Below are positions 19,484 through 28,759 of a stretch of 64,000 bases of DNA, one piece after another. Numbering within the stretch: position 1 is the stretch's first letter; every line of letters starts with the position of its first letter. Both the position numbers and the translations under genes were made by a program. The notes beneath the pieces are model-generated. The model had not been told where the DNA came from, did no database searches, and saw only the letters and a list, made by a program, of their open reading frames with translations. The stretch covers positions 76,871 to 140,870 of the forward strand of contig JBDRES010000040.1 in the NCBI GenBank assembly GCA_043819515.1. Direction: 5' to 3'. Source of the DNA: a bacterium. GTDB lineage: Bacteria; Zixibacteria; MSB-5A5; GN15; FEB-12.

Positions 19484-20851
19484 ATGAAGAGAATTGCGAC
19501 AACGGCTCTAGTGGCGGCGCTGGTAGTTATGCTGGCGGGTCTCGCGACGGCTGATGTCATCACCAGTCCCTGGGCCATGCGTTTTTTCGGTGAGGCGTTC
19601 GTAAACGGATCGCCTGCACCGGTGGGATCTGTGATTGACGCTTACGATCCCGACGGTGTGCACTGCGGGACATTCACGGTCGGTGATGTCTATGACACGG
19701 TCGGCATATACGGCTATATGCCGGTTTACGGCGACGACCCATATTCAGCCGATATAGATGAAGGTGCCGACGATCTTGATGAAATCAGCTTCCGAATCAA
19801 TGGTCGCCCGGCAACTCCGACAGCGATTAGCGGCGACCTTCTATGGCGAGACGGCACCTCGGCTGAGGTTGATCTGGCAGTCGGCGACGCAATCGTAGCC
19901 GTCAGCCTGGTTGACTCCCCGGCCGACAAAGAAGGCGCCCCGGGTCAGACCCTGCGCTTCTGGGTGGGCGTCCAAAACGACGGTAACGGCCTAGATTTTT
20001 ACGGTATCGAAGTGACTTCGACGCTCGGTTGGACCACTACTGCTCAGACTGCTTTCGAGTATGCTGGCGTAGGCGGCACCGCCTATCTGTATTTCGACGT
20101 TCAGATTCCGCTATGGCCCGGCATGAATCTGGTCGACGAACTCAACTTCGCCGTTTTCTCGCAGATCGATCCTGCGGCGTTTGTCGAGGGGTCGGTACAT
20201 GCCACCGCCGCAGCCGGAACCAGTTATGCCGTTGCTCTGACTGCGGCTCCGGGTAATCGCATGGTCATGGCTGGTGAGCTGGTGCATGTCGAAGTCGGCG
20301 TGACCAATACCGGTAACATGCCGGACAGCTACGAGATCATGGCCGGCGGAATCCTGCAAGGCTGGACCGTCACGCCCATGGCGGGATTTGTCAGTGCTAA
20401 TCCTGGTGAGGAAGTCTTCCTGTCATTCCAGGTCAGCGTACCGATGAACGCCCTCCCGACCGATATCAACACCATCACTTACGATGTCACCTCCACCAGT
20501 AGTCCGGCCGCTACAGTCGGCGGCATGATGACCCTGACCCCGGATGTGCCGACCGACGTTGACGACGGCGACTGGGCGCTGGTGCCTGATCAGGTATCAC
20601 TGGCCCAGAACTACCCCAACCCGTTCAATCCCACCACGACGATTGCTTTCAGCCTTCCCGAGCGCTCGAAAGTGACGATTACGGTTATTGATATCCTGGG
20701 CCGAACGGTCAACGAGATCGACATGGGCGAACTGGCCGCCGGTACCCATGAGACGATCTACGACGCCTCAGCTTTGGCCAGTGGTATGTATTTCTACCGC
20801 CTCGACACCGAATTGGGTCGGCAGACGCGCAAGATGATCTTGCTGAAATAG
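19484..20851 (+). CDS. Secreted protein with the shared unnamed domain, two NEW3/CARDB-like Ig domains and a T9SS type-A-like C-terminal domain
   Basis: MKRIATTALVAALVV signal, IDAYDPDGVHCGTFTV, VQNDGN...GW and VTNTGNMPDSY...GW repeats, LAQNYPNPFNP...ASGMYFYRL...KMILLK. Confidence 0.82.
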   Translation: MKRIATTALVAALVVMLAGLATADVITSPWAMRFFGEAFVNGSPAPVGSVIDAYDPDGVHCGTFTVGDVYDTVGIYGYMPVYGDDPYSADIDEGADDLDEISFRINGRPATPTAISGDLLWRDGTSAEVDLAVGDAIVAVSLVDSPADKEGAPGQTLRFWVGVQNDGNGLDFYGIEVTSTLGWTTTAQTAFEYAGVGGTAYLYFDVQIPLWPGMNLVDELNFAVFSQIDPAAFVEGSVHATAAAGTSYAVALTAAPGNRMVMAGELVHVEVGVTNTGNMPDSYEIMAGGILQGWTVTPMAGFVSANPGEEVFLSFQVSVPMNALPTDINTITYDVTSTSSPAATVGGMMTLTPDVPTDVDDGDWALVPDQVSLAQNYPNPFNPTTTIAFSLPERSKVTITVIDILGRTVNEIDMGELAAGTHETIYDASALASGMYFYRLDTELGRQTRKMILLK

Positions 20852-20876
20852 ACCTGATCGGAGAAATCACTATCAT

Positions 20877-20909
20877 AAAACCCCGGTCAGATGGCCGGGG
20901 TTTTTTCTT
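20877..20909 (+). terminator. Intrinsic terminator
   Basis: AAAACCCCGGTCA-GA-TGGCCGGGGTTTTTTCTT. Confidence 0.85.
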
Positions 20910-21003
20910 GTCCGAACCGAGCCTGATCCATATTATGCACAGCGAGTTGGTGTCGGCCAGGATAAGCCCGACTTCCCAGGCGTAGGCCGGATAGGAACAA
21001 AAC

Positions 21004-22008
21004 GTGCCTCTGAAGCTACAGATTGCCGGAAAAACCGACGTGGGCTTGGTCCGCTCAGGTAACGAGGATTACCTTTATCTGGACAAGCAGCACGATGTGT
21101 ATGCGGTCTGCGATGGTATGGGTGGACACCAGGCCGGCGAAGTGGCCTCCATGACCGCCGCCCAGATCCTGGAAAGCTGCTTTGCCAATATCCACGAGGA
21201 ACTGCTGGCCGATCCCGATCTGTCGCTGGGCCAGAGTTTCCCCCGCAGTGGTGAGTTGCTGGTCAAGGCGGTACGCCTGGCTAACCGGGCCATCTACAAT
21301 CTGGCCGCCGCCGATCCAACCAAGAGTGGAATGGGCACCACGGTCGTTGCGGTGGCGCCCGAAGAGGATTACTTGTCGATCGTCCATGTTGGTGACAGCC
21401 GCGCCTATCGGCTCGATGAGAAGAGGCTGACGCCGCTTACTACCGACCACTCCTGGGTTACCGAGATGCGCAAGGAACATGCGGTCTCCGAGGAGGAGGC
21501 GCTCACCATGGTCGGCAAAAATGTCATCACCCGGGCGCTGGGGGTCAAGGACACGGTCGAGGTTGATTATCGGCTCATCAAGATTGAGCCCAATCAGACC
21601 TTCATCCTTTGTTCCGATGGCTTGTGCGGTTTTGCCACCGATCAGGAGATTTTTGATATCGCCGATCGCGCGCGCGGCAGCATTGATCATATCACTAACG
21701 ACCTGATCCAGGCGGCCAATGATCGTGGCGGTTCGGACAATGTGACTGTGGTCGTATTGAGAACGCTGGATGTCGGCCGGAGCAACTACTCCGCTATCGA
21801 TGCGGTCACTCTGCCGGCTGAAGATAAGCAGCAGTTGGCTGCCGAAGACGGCTGGGTTAAGCGGATAAACGACGCCATCGCCCAGGTCGATACAATTATC
21901 GGGCGATCCGATGTGGACTCTGGCGGCGGGCGCCGATGGTTGCTGTTGATCTTTGCTTTGTTTGTTGCAGTGGCCGTCGTCCTGGTCTTCTGGTCCTCGC
22001 AGAGGTAA
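21004..22008 (+). CDS. PP2C-type Ser/Thr phosphatase (Stp1/PrpC family) with a C-terminal membrane anchor
   Basis: TDVGLVRSGNED, VCDGMGGHQAGEVAS, MGTT, HVGDSRAY, ITRALG, LCSDGL, GGSDNVTV, terminal hydrophobic helix. Confidence 0.92.
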   Translation: MPLKLQIAGKTDVGLVRSGNEDYLYLDKQHDVYAVCDGMGGHQAGEVASMTAAQILESCFANIHEELLADPDLSLGQSFPRSGELLVKAVRLANRAIYNLAAADPTKSGMGTTVVAVAPEEDYLSIVHVGDSRAYRLDEKRLTPLTTDHSWVTEMRKEHAVSEEEALTMVGKNVITRALGVKDTVEVDYRLIKIEPNQTFILCSDGLCGFATDQEIFDIADRARGSIDHITNDLIQAANDRGGSDNVTVVVLRTLDVGRSNYSAIDAVTLPAEDKQQLAAEDGWVKRINDAIAQVDTIIGRSDVDSGGGRRWLLLIFALFVAVAVVLVFWSSQR

Positions 22009-22078
22009 GCCGCCGGCTCGCTACCCCCCAAAAAAGCCTTGACTTTGCAGGTGCTCAGGCTTTATTCCGTCACAGAAT

Positions 22079-22152
<74 letters not shown>

Positions 22153-22333
22153 TTTTATTCTGCCCCATTTCGCACTCTTGCCCTCCCGAGACGACTTCAA
22201 ATTGCCAACCGTCGGCATCTCTAAGTTTTTGACTGAAAAGGGATTATCAGCGAGCCGAGCCGGCCCCAAAAATAAATGCACACCAGGGCGGTCATGGGCG
22301 TTATAAGAATACCACTGGGCCTCAGAGGAAGTG

Positions 22334-23722
22334 ATGTCTGGCAAGACACTACATATTGGCTGGCTGCTGGCGGCGACTTGCCTGAGCTTGACGTTCTCGG
22401 GCTGCTCGCGCGAAGCGATTCAGTCATCGGTCGATTGGGGCAGCATCTCCGGACAAGTACGCAACGCCAGTACCGAGCGACCCGTGGCCGGTTGCATTGT
22501 TACCTGTGCCGGTCGCAGTGCTGTGATCGGCGGCGACGGCGATTACTGGCTGCAGGATATCCCGGAGGGGTTTCATGAGCTGAGCGCCACCTGTGAGGGG
22601 TATGAAGATTACCGCGTAGCCGTATATATCGGTGTCAGCACCAAGCACGATATTTACATCACCCGGGCCGGTCTTTACGGGAGCCTCTATGGCCAGGCGT
22701 TCTTGGGAGAGGATACTACTCCGTTGGCCGGTGTCGAGGTCCTTTGTGCCTATCGCACCACTTACACCGATGAAAACGGGCGCTACAGTTTCCCGAGCAT
22801 CAACAACGGCCGCTACACCATCAGGGCACGAAAACAAAACTACCTCGAGTACCGGCACAACATCGAAGTGAGTGGAGATACCGAACATGTGCTCCGCATG
22901 GCCGCTACCAGCCTGGGCGGCTGGGTTGTTAACACTGTCGACGGTCCCGTGGCCGGCGTCACGGTTACCATGCCGCCGTCAACGACCACAACCAACGAGT
23001 TCGGCGAGTTCCGATTGGACATCGTGCCGCAAGGGACCCACGATCTGGTCTGCACTCACCCGGATTACAATTCCACGGTGATGCGAATCAGTCTCGCCGC
23101 CGACCAGCCCGATCAAATGGTCCGCATCACCCGCACCGTGACCGATACCATCATGATTGCCGAAGATGCCTCGATTTCATCGGCCAACTATACCGATTGC
23201 GAGGGTTGTCCGGACTGGGGCGATGAGAGTACCAATCATGGCCGGGATAACGCTTTGCGCTTGGGTTGGTTCATGCGGCCGGATCAGGCTGCGAGTGCCG
23301 GGGCCTGGATGGCCCGCAGCCGGGCTATTCTCGGCCTGCCGGACCTACCTGAGGGAGTGCCGTTATGTGATTTGGATCGCGCCATTATGATTCTGACGCC
23401 GCTCGCGGGAGCGTCCGACGGTGGCTATCTCTCTGTGCGACGAGTTCGTGAGGCGGCCGCCGACTGGATTCAGACCGACATAACATGGAGCAGCGCCCCG
23501 GAAGCTTATTTGGTTCCGTATTGGATCGGCTCCATCGACCAGGTCAGCTACGAGGTGGATGTCACGGCCATCTACCGTGACGAACGCGATCACCTCAAAT
23601 CCCTCGTTATTCAGCGCGATGAAAGCGGACCGGCAGAGCCGCCGCGACAGCTAACGCTTTATTCGTCCGAGGCGCAATCGCCAGCCAATAGTCCCCTGGT
23701 TGAGATTCAGTTCACGCGATAA
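22334..23722 (+). CDS. Putative lipoprotein with three carboxypeptidase-regulatory-like (prealbumin-fold) domains and a C-terminal DNRLRE/CBM96-like domain
   Basis: Lipobox-like FSGC, three G.I.G.V...P..G..V...T...G.Y repeats, EDASI...TNHG...LRLG...SRAIL, ITWSSAP. Confidence 0.7.
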   Translation: MSGKTLHIGWLLAATCLSLTFSGCSREAIQSSVDWGSISGQVRNASTERPVAGCIVTCAGRSAVIGGDGDYWLQDIPEGFHELSATCEGYEDYRVAVYIGVSTKHDIYITRAGLYGSLYGQAFLGEDTTPLAGVEVLCAYRTTYTDENGRYSFPSINNGRYTIRARKQNYLEYRHNIEVSGDTEHVLRMAATSLGGWVVNTVDGPVAGVTVTMPPSTTTTNEFGEFRLDIVPQGTHDLVCTHPDYNSTVMRISLAADQPDQMVRITRTVTDTIMIAEDASISSANYTDCEGCPDWGDESTNHGRDNALRLGWFMRPDQAASAGAWMARSRAILGLPDLPEGVPLCDLDRAIMILTPLAGASDGGYLSVRRVREAAADWIQTDITWSSAPEAYLVPYWIGSIDQVSYEVDVTAIYRDERDHLKSLVIQRDESGPAEPPRQLTLYSSEAQSPANSPLVEIQFTR

Positions 23723-23732
23723 ATGAGACCGG

Positions 23733-24905
23733 CTACGGCCCCTGGGGAGACGGCGATTGCATATTGTCGGTGGTATCGCTGCCTGGCCACAGCCACGGAC
23801 CAGGCAGGTATTCCTCCTCGGCCCGGCCCTGGGGTTGGATCACGCAAGTGGCGCTTTGATCTTCGCGGATAATCTCCACAGTCGCCGATCCGGTCCTGTC
23901 CAGCCCTTCCAGAATCTTCTCGACCAACTCCAGGTGAGTTCGCGGCCGCCGGCCATCCACTCGATAGATTCGATCTCCGCGGCGCAGGCCGCAGGCCCAG
24001 GCCAGGCGGGTGGTGTCGATCTGTTTGATGAACAGGCGACTGGATTCGTCGACCTCCACTGAGAACCCCAGGTACCCTGCCGGCGGCAGGCCTGCGACAG
24101 TGGCAGCCGGGGTTGGACTGAACTGGGCCGGCCGGGGGGGGCGGGTTGCCTGCACCACTTCCGAATTGTATGGCTCGGCGGCCAACCAGTCGGCCAGTGT
24201 TTGATCAGGGGTCAAGAGCCGCGGGGTCAAGAAATACTTATCAAAGACGATCCGTTCCGGTTTGTGATTGTGCCAAAAGGCAGAGCCGAAAGCATCAAAA
24301 GTAGAATCGATACCGATCACGTGTTGCGCCGTGTTCAGGGCCAGAAGCCAGGCCAGATTATCCAGCCGGTAGGGACCGGGTCGCATTAGCGGGTGATAAG
24401 CAATGCCCAGATGGACCATGCGGTCCGGTTGAATCGCCTGGGCCAACAGCCTGTGGGCCAGTTGATATATAAGATTCAATTGCAGCCTGGCCCCGGTCGG
24501 GGCCGCCTCAGTAGCAAAGCCGTCACCCATGCCACCGAGCGGAATGATCAGTGGATCGGAGGCGCCCAACGACGGATAATAGCGCACCAGATAGATATCA
24601 AAGTCGGTCTCCCGCCACTCTATCCCCGACAACTCGCGCAACACGTGCAATAGCGTGTCACCCTTCTCAAGCCAGAAGGTCGCCAGGGCGCTGTCGTGCC
24701 CCTGAACCCACTGCATATCGCTTTGCACCGAGCGCTCCTGATACAGCTTTGGGCAGAGGCTCTGCTGCAGCGGGGCGCTGCGATCGTTGATAGACACCTC
24801 CGGGACGAACCCGTCGTAGCTGAAGAGCATGTAATAGGTATCCTGGGCAATGCTCGAACTCGCCGCGAGGACTATCATTAGCAGTATTGCAGGAATCCGT
24901 TTCAT
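23733..24905 (-). CDS. Secreted protein with a C-terminal PDZ domain
   Basis: Signal peptide MKRIPAILLM, GYLGFSV...AWACGLRRGDRIYRVDG. Confidence 0.7.
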   Translation of the reverse strand: MKRIPAILLMIVLAASSSIAQDTYYMLFSYDGFVPEVSINDRSAPLQQSLCPKLYQERSVQSDMQWVQGHDSALATFWLEKGDTLLHVLRELSGIEWRETDFDIYLVRYYPSLGASDPLIIPLGGMGDGFATEAAPTGARLQLNLIYQLAHRLLAQAIQPDRMVHLGIAYHPLMRPGPYRLDNLAWLLALNTAQHVIGIDSTFDAFGSAFWHNHKPERIVFDKYFLTPRLLTPDQTLADWLAAEPYNSEVVQATRPPRPAQFSPTPAATVAGLPPAGYLGFSVEVDESSRLFIKQIDTTRLAWACGLRRGDRIYRVDGRRPRTHLELVEKILEGLDRTGSATVEIIREDQSATCVIQPQGRAEEEYLPGPWLWPGSDTTDNMQSPSPQGP

Positions 24906-24947
24906 GTGAACAAGATATTCCGCCTGGTAGCGATCGCGCAAGGAAAA

Positions 24948-25862
24948 CTAGACCGCCGCCGGAGGTGTTGACGAGGCGGGAATCGTCGCCCTGGACGGCT
25001 CGACCAGTTCAAAGTAAAACAGGGTATAGAGGTTACTGCTGACCGTGCCGGTGAATCCGCCCACAACCAGCGACAACGGAATTCCGACCAGTATCAGCGC
25101 TGTCACCGTCGCCACCCATCCCGAACCGGCCAGCAGGTTCAGCGCCGCGATCGGAACTGCCACGATACCAAAAATGATCAGACCGGCTATGGAAAAGGCG
25201 ATGATAAAGGCAATCTCGATCAGGAATATCAGAAGATTGTCGACCAGGTTGGCCCTAAAAAGCCGAAACGCTTCTTCCAAGGCATCACCAAGCCCGGTAC
25301 GGCGTACGACCATCACCCGTTCGGTGAGATTGACAATACTGGAGATAATCCAAATCGCCGCCAGGAGTACGGGGAATAACATAATGCCCAGCAGCACCGC
25401 CGCCACCCAACCGATCTGGGCCGCTATGATAATGACTCCAACGATAACGGCTACCACCGCGCCACCGGCGAAGATCGCCATCAGGATCAGGCCCAGCATC
25501 GGGAGCAAGAAATCGATGCCGGTAGAGAAGGCCTGACCAAACTTCCAGTGTCCATCGCCCCGCCTAATGCGATTGACCGAATCGATGAGAGCCGGAACGC
25601 TAATCAAATGACAAACCAGTAATATGACGGCGCCAAGCAGCACGGTCACGATCAGAGTGGCTGTCAATATTCCGATGAACGGCTCGATAGCTTCCCGGAA
25701 ACCGGCGGCCTCCATATCAAACCGGTGACTGCCCCAGCCATTGCCCGGGAACATGTCAACGTCGATACTGCCCCCACCCCCGGCAAACAAGCCGAACACC
25801 CACAGCAACTTGTGCCGCCAGGCGATTTCAAACGAGCCGTTGACGATCTTACCAAAACTCAT
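24948..25862 (-). CDS. Polytopic membrane protein of unknown function
   Basis: AWRHKLLWVFGLFAG start, about six hydrophobic helices, YTLFYFEL end. Confidence 0.75.
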   Translation of the reverse strand: MSFGKIVNGSFEIAWRHKLLWVFGLFAGGGGSIDVDMFPGNGWGSHRFDMEAAGFREAIEPFIGILTATLIVTVLLGAVILLVCHLISVPALIDSVNRIRRGDGHWKFGQAFSTGIDFLLPMLGLILMAIFAGGAVVAVIVGVIIIAAQIGWVAAVLLGIMLFPVLLAAIWIISSIVNLTERVMVVRRTGLGDALEEAFRLFRANLVDNLLIFLIEIAFIIAFSIAGLIIFGIVAVPIAALNLLAGSGWVATVTALILVGIPLSLVVGGFTGTVSSNLYTLFYFELVEPSRATIPASSTPPAAV

Positions 25863-26030
25863 TAGTGGGTCTCCTCTGTCCAAGGTACTCCCCGATGAGG
25901 CCTACATTCAGTCTTTTTCTGGAAATTAAGCGAGCCAAACGATGCGGGCCATCAAGATGCTTGTCTGAAATGTGAGCTAGGCTTAGATTGAGCGCTGGCA
26001 AGCATCGGCTCTCTCAAAGGAAGAAGGAAT

Positions 26031-26387
26031 ATGAACCTTTGTCATATACCAATCCTGTTGATTCTGGCCGCCCTGATCGGCTGTGGCAACGGCGAGCAGA
26101 AGAACGCCAAGACGCCCTCCGGCGGCGGTGCCAATGACAGCATCGTACTGGAGATGCCGGGGATGGATTCGCTGACGGTCCTGGATATTCTAAAGACGAC
26201 CCACGACGTTGCCTATAGCACATCCGCTATGGGGGCTTTCGTGCAGCGCATCGATTCGGTTCCGAATATCCAGACTCACTTCTGGGTTTATTCGATTAAC
26301 GGCGTCATGGCCAGCGAGGCCTGCGACAAACGCCTGACCAAAACTGGAGACCTGATCCGCTGGCATTTTCGTCGCTTTGGCGGTTGA
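26031..26387 (+). CDS. Lipoprotein with a DUF4430 / transcobalamin C-terminal-like domain
   Basis: Lipobox LIGC, TVLDIL, GAFVQRID, FWVYSING, GDLIRW. Confidence 0.75.
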   Translation: MNLCHIPILLILAALIGCGNGEQKNAKTPSGGGANDSIVLEMPGMDSLTVLDILKTTHDVAYSTSAMGAFVQRIDSVPNIQTHFWVYSINGVMASEACDKRLTKTGDLIRWHFRRFGG

Positions 26388-26458
26388 CTCGGTGACCTGA
26401 GATCAACAGGGCAGGATTTACACTGGTTTTTTGATTTGGGCGACATATATTTCCTGCC

Positions 26459-27268
26459 ATGGAAACCAATGTGATCGACAGGATTGCGGCGGGTGAGTTC
26501 TTTCTTATCGCCGGGCCTTGTGTGATAGAGTCTGGAGAGCTCTGTTTGCAGGTGGCCGAGACGGTCTTGGAGCTGGCGGCCAAATATTCGCTTCCCTACG
26601 TGTTTAAGAGCTCCTTCACCAAGGCCAATCGCACCGATGCCTCGTCGCCGACCGGTCCCGGGCTTGAGGAGGGCCTGCGGATCCTTTCATTAGTCAAGCA
26701 GCGACTGGGTACGCCGATCCTGACCGATATCCACCAGAGTGGTGATGTGCCCGCGGTGGCTGAGGTTGCCGACATAATCCAAATACCAGCCTTTTTGTGT
26801 CGCCAGACCGAACTGATTCGTGCGGCCGGCCGGACCGGCCGCTGGGTCAATCTCAAGAAGGGTCAGTTTATGGCGCCCGAGGATATGGCGCGGGCGGCGG
26901 CCAAGGCCGAGTCAAACAAGGTCATGCTGACTGAGCGCGGCGCTTGCTTTGGATACCACAATCTGGTGGTGGACTTTCGTTCCTTTTTGATTATGAAAGA
27001 GAGCGGCCGGCCGGTGGTCTTTGATGCTACTCATTCCTTACAGCGACCAAGTGCCGGCGACGGAGTATCGACCGGTCAGCCGGAATATGTCATTCCCCTG
27101 GCTCGGGCCGCCACGGCCGCCGGAGTGGACGGTCTATTTGTAGAGACCCACCCCAAACCGAAAACAGCTCTTTCTGACGCCGGGGCTATGCTGCCGCTGG
27201 CGCAGATGGATGATCTTCTGGACCAGGTCAGCAGGGTCTGCCGGGCCCTTTACGAAAGTCAAAAATGA
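26459..27268 (+). CDS. kdsA: KDO 8-phosphate synthase (Cys-containing, metal-dependent type)
   Basis: IAGPCVIES, KANRT, QIPAFLCRQT, KKGQF, DATHS, ETHP. Confidence 0.97.
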   Translation: METNVIDRIAAGEFFLIAGPCVIESGELCLQVAETVLELAAKYSLPYVFKSSFTKANRTDASSPTGPGLEEGLRILSLVKQRLGTPILTDIHQSGDVPAVAEVADIIQIPAFLCRQTELIRAAGRTGRWVNLKKGQFMAPEDMARAAAKAESNKVMLTERGACFGYHNLVVDFRSFLIMKESGRPVVFDATHSLQRPSAGDGVSTGQPEYVIPLARAATAAGVDGLFVETHPKPKTALSDAGAMLPLAQMDDLLDQVSRVCRALYESQK

Positions 27269-27795
27269 GTCCTCTTAGCCGCGAACTGTATTTGAACAAG
27301 CTGCGCGATATTCGCCTGTTGGCTCTGGATGTAGATGGCGTCCTGACCGACGATTCGATATTTTTTGGTCCTGATGGCTTTGAACTCAAAAAATTCAATA
27401 TCTCCGATGGTTTTTTTATCGTCCTGGCCATGCGAGCCGGACTTGAAATCGCCGTCGTATCCGGTCGCTATTCACCGGCCACCGATACCCGTATGAAGGA
27501 CTTGGGTGTGAAACATGTCCTGCAGGCGATGAAATCGAAGATAGTGCAGATCAAACCGCTGCTTGATGAGCTGAGTCTGGATTTCGATGAGATCGCTTTT
27601 GTCGGCAACGAGCTGCTTGATATTGGGCTGGCCCGCAAGGCTGGGCTGGGTATCGCCGTCGCCGACGCCACGCCGGAGTTGCTTCAGGCTGTGGACTATG
27701 TGACTATCCAACCGGGCGGCGCCGGAGCCGTGCGCGAAATTCTGCGCGATTGGTTTGAAGCGACCGGCCGGGACCCCATGGACTTTATCGTATGA
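27265..27795 (+). CDS. kdsC: KDO 8-phosphate phosphatase
   Basis: LDVDGVLTD HAD motif, GGAGAVRE. Lies between kdsA and kdsD. Confidence 0.92.
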   Translation: MSPLSRELYLNKLRDIRLLALDVDGVLTDDSIFFGPDGFELKKFNISDGFFIVLAMRAGLEIAVVSGRYSPATDTRMKDLGVKHVLQAMKSKIVQIKPLLDELSLDFDEIAFVGNELLDIGLARKAGLGIAVADATPELLQAVDYVTIQPGGAGAVREILRDWFEATGRDPMDFIV

Positions 27796-28757
27796 CTTCC
27801 TACAAGCAATATGCCCTGGATGTGATCAAGTCCGAAGCGGAGGCTGTGGCGGCGCTGGCCGACAAACTCAACGGCCATTTCGACCGGGCCGTCGAGGCCA
27901 TTCAGGATTGTCAGGGGCGAGTGATTGTGGCCGGGATAGGCAAGTCCGGTTTGATCGGCAAGAAGATAGCCGCTACTTTCAATTCCGTCGGAGTGGCTTC
28001 TTTTTTCCTTCATCCGGTCGAGGCGATGCATGGCGATTTGGGTCTCATGCAGCCCGGCGACCTGCTGCTGATTATCTCCAAGTCGGGCCGGCTGGAGGAA
28101 TCGGAGCTAATCGTGTCCACCGCCGGACGGTTGGGACTGAAAACAGTGGCTCTGTGTGGAACCGTCGATTCGGAGTTGTGGCAGCGAGCTGATGTGGTCC
28201 TGGACTGTTCGGTGGCCAGGGAGGCCTGCCCCAACAATCTGGTGCCGACGTCGTCAACTACGGCCGCTTTGGTCATGGGGGATGCCCTGGCGGTGGCTCT
28301 GTTGTCCGCGCGAAACTTCTCGCCCAGTGATTTTGCCAACCTCCATCCCGGCGGGTTCTTGGGGACACGACTTCTCAAGCGTGTCTCAGAATTGCATCAT
28401 GGCGGCGATGAACTCCCTATTGTAGCCAACCAGGCGACGATGCCTGAGCTACTTCTGCAGATGACCAGCAAACGTCTCGGCTGTGTCGTGACGACCGATT
28501 CAGGCGGACGCCCATCCGGCATCTTCACCGACGGCGACTTGCGGCGGCTGGCCGAAAAGCCGAGCGAGATGTACGGCTTCAAGGCCTCACAGGTTGTGCG
28601 CTTGCAGCCCAAGACTATTTTCCAGGATGCCCTGATCGAATCGGCCCTGGCCCAAATGGAGCAGTACTCGATCTCCCAACTGGTGTCAGTCGATGCCGAG
28701 GGGAAGTTGGCCGGAATAATCCATCTGCACGACATTCTCAAATCCAAACTGGTCTGA
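27792..28757 (+). CDS. kdsD: Arabinose 5-phosphate isomerase (KpsF/GutQ, SIS + 2 CBS)
   Basis: GIGKSG, HPVEAMHGDLG, PTSST, HPGG, GIFTDGDLRR. Confidence 0.95.
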   Translation: MTSYKQYALDVIKSEAEAVAALADKLNGHFDRAVEAIQDCQGRVIVAGIGKSGLIGKKIAATFNSVGVASFFLHPVEAMHGDLGLMQPGDLLLIISKSGRLEESELIVSTAGRLGLKTVALCGTVDSELWQRADVVLDCSVAREACPNNLVPTSSTTAALVMGDALAVALLSARNFSPSDFANLHPGGFLGTRLLKRVSELHHGGDELPIVANQATMPELLLQMTSKRLGCVVTTDSGGRPSGIFTDGDLRRLAEKPSEMYGFKASQVVRLQPKTIFQDALIESALAQMEQYSISQLVSVDAEGKLAGIIHLHDILKSKLV

Positions 28758-28759
28758 GC

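Noticed and set aside
14053-20851. Dockerin domain or glycoside hydrolase that would make this a true cellulosome locus
   Set aside because: I found no duplicated GDxNxDGxxxxxD motif and no recognisable catalytic module in either protein.
25900-26030. Cobalamin riboswitch upstream of the DUF4430 gene
   Set aside because: Only one stem (GATGCTTG/CAAGCATC). The B12-box and GCCACTG elements are absent and the space is short.
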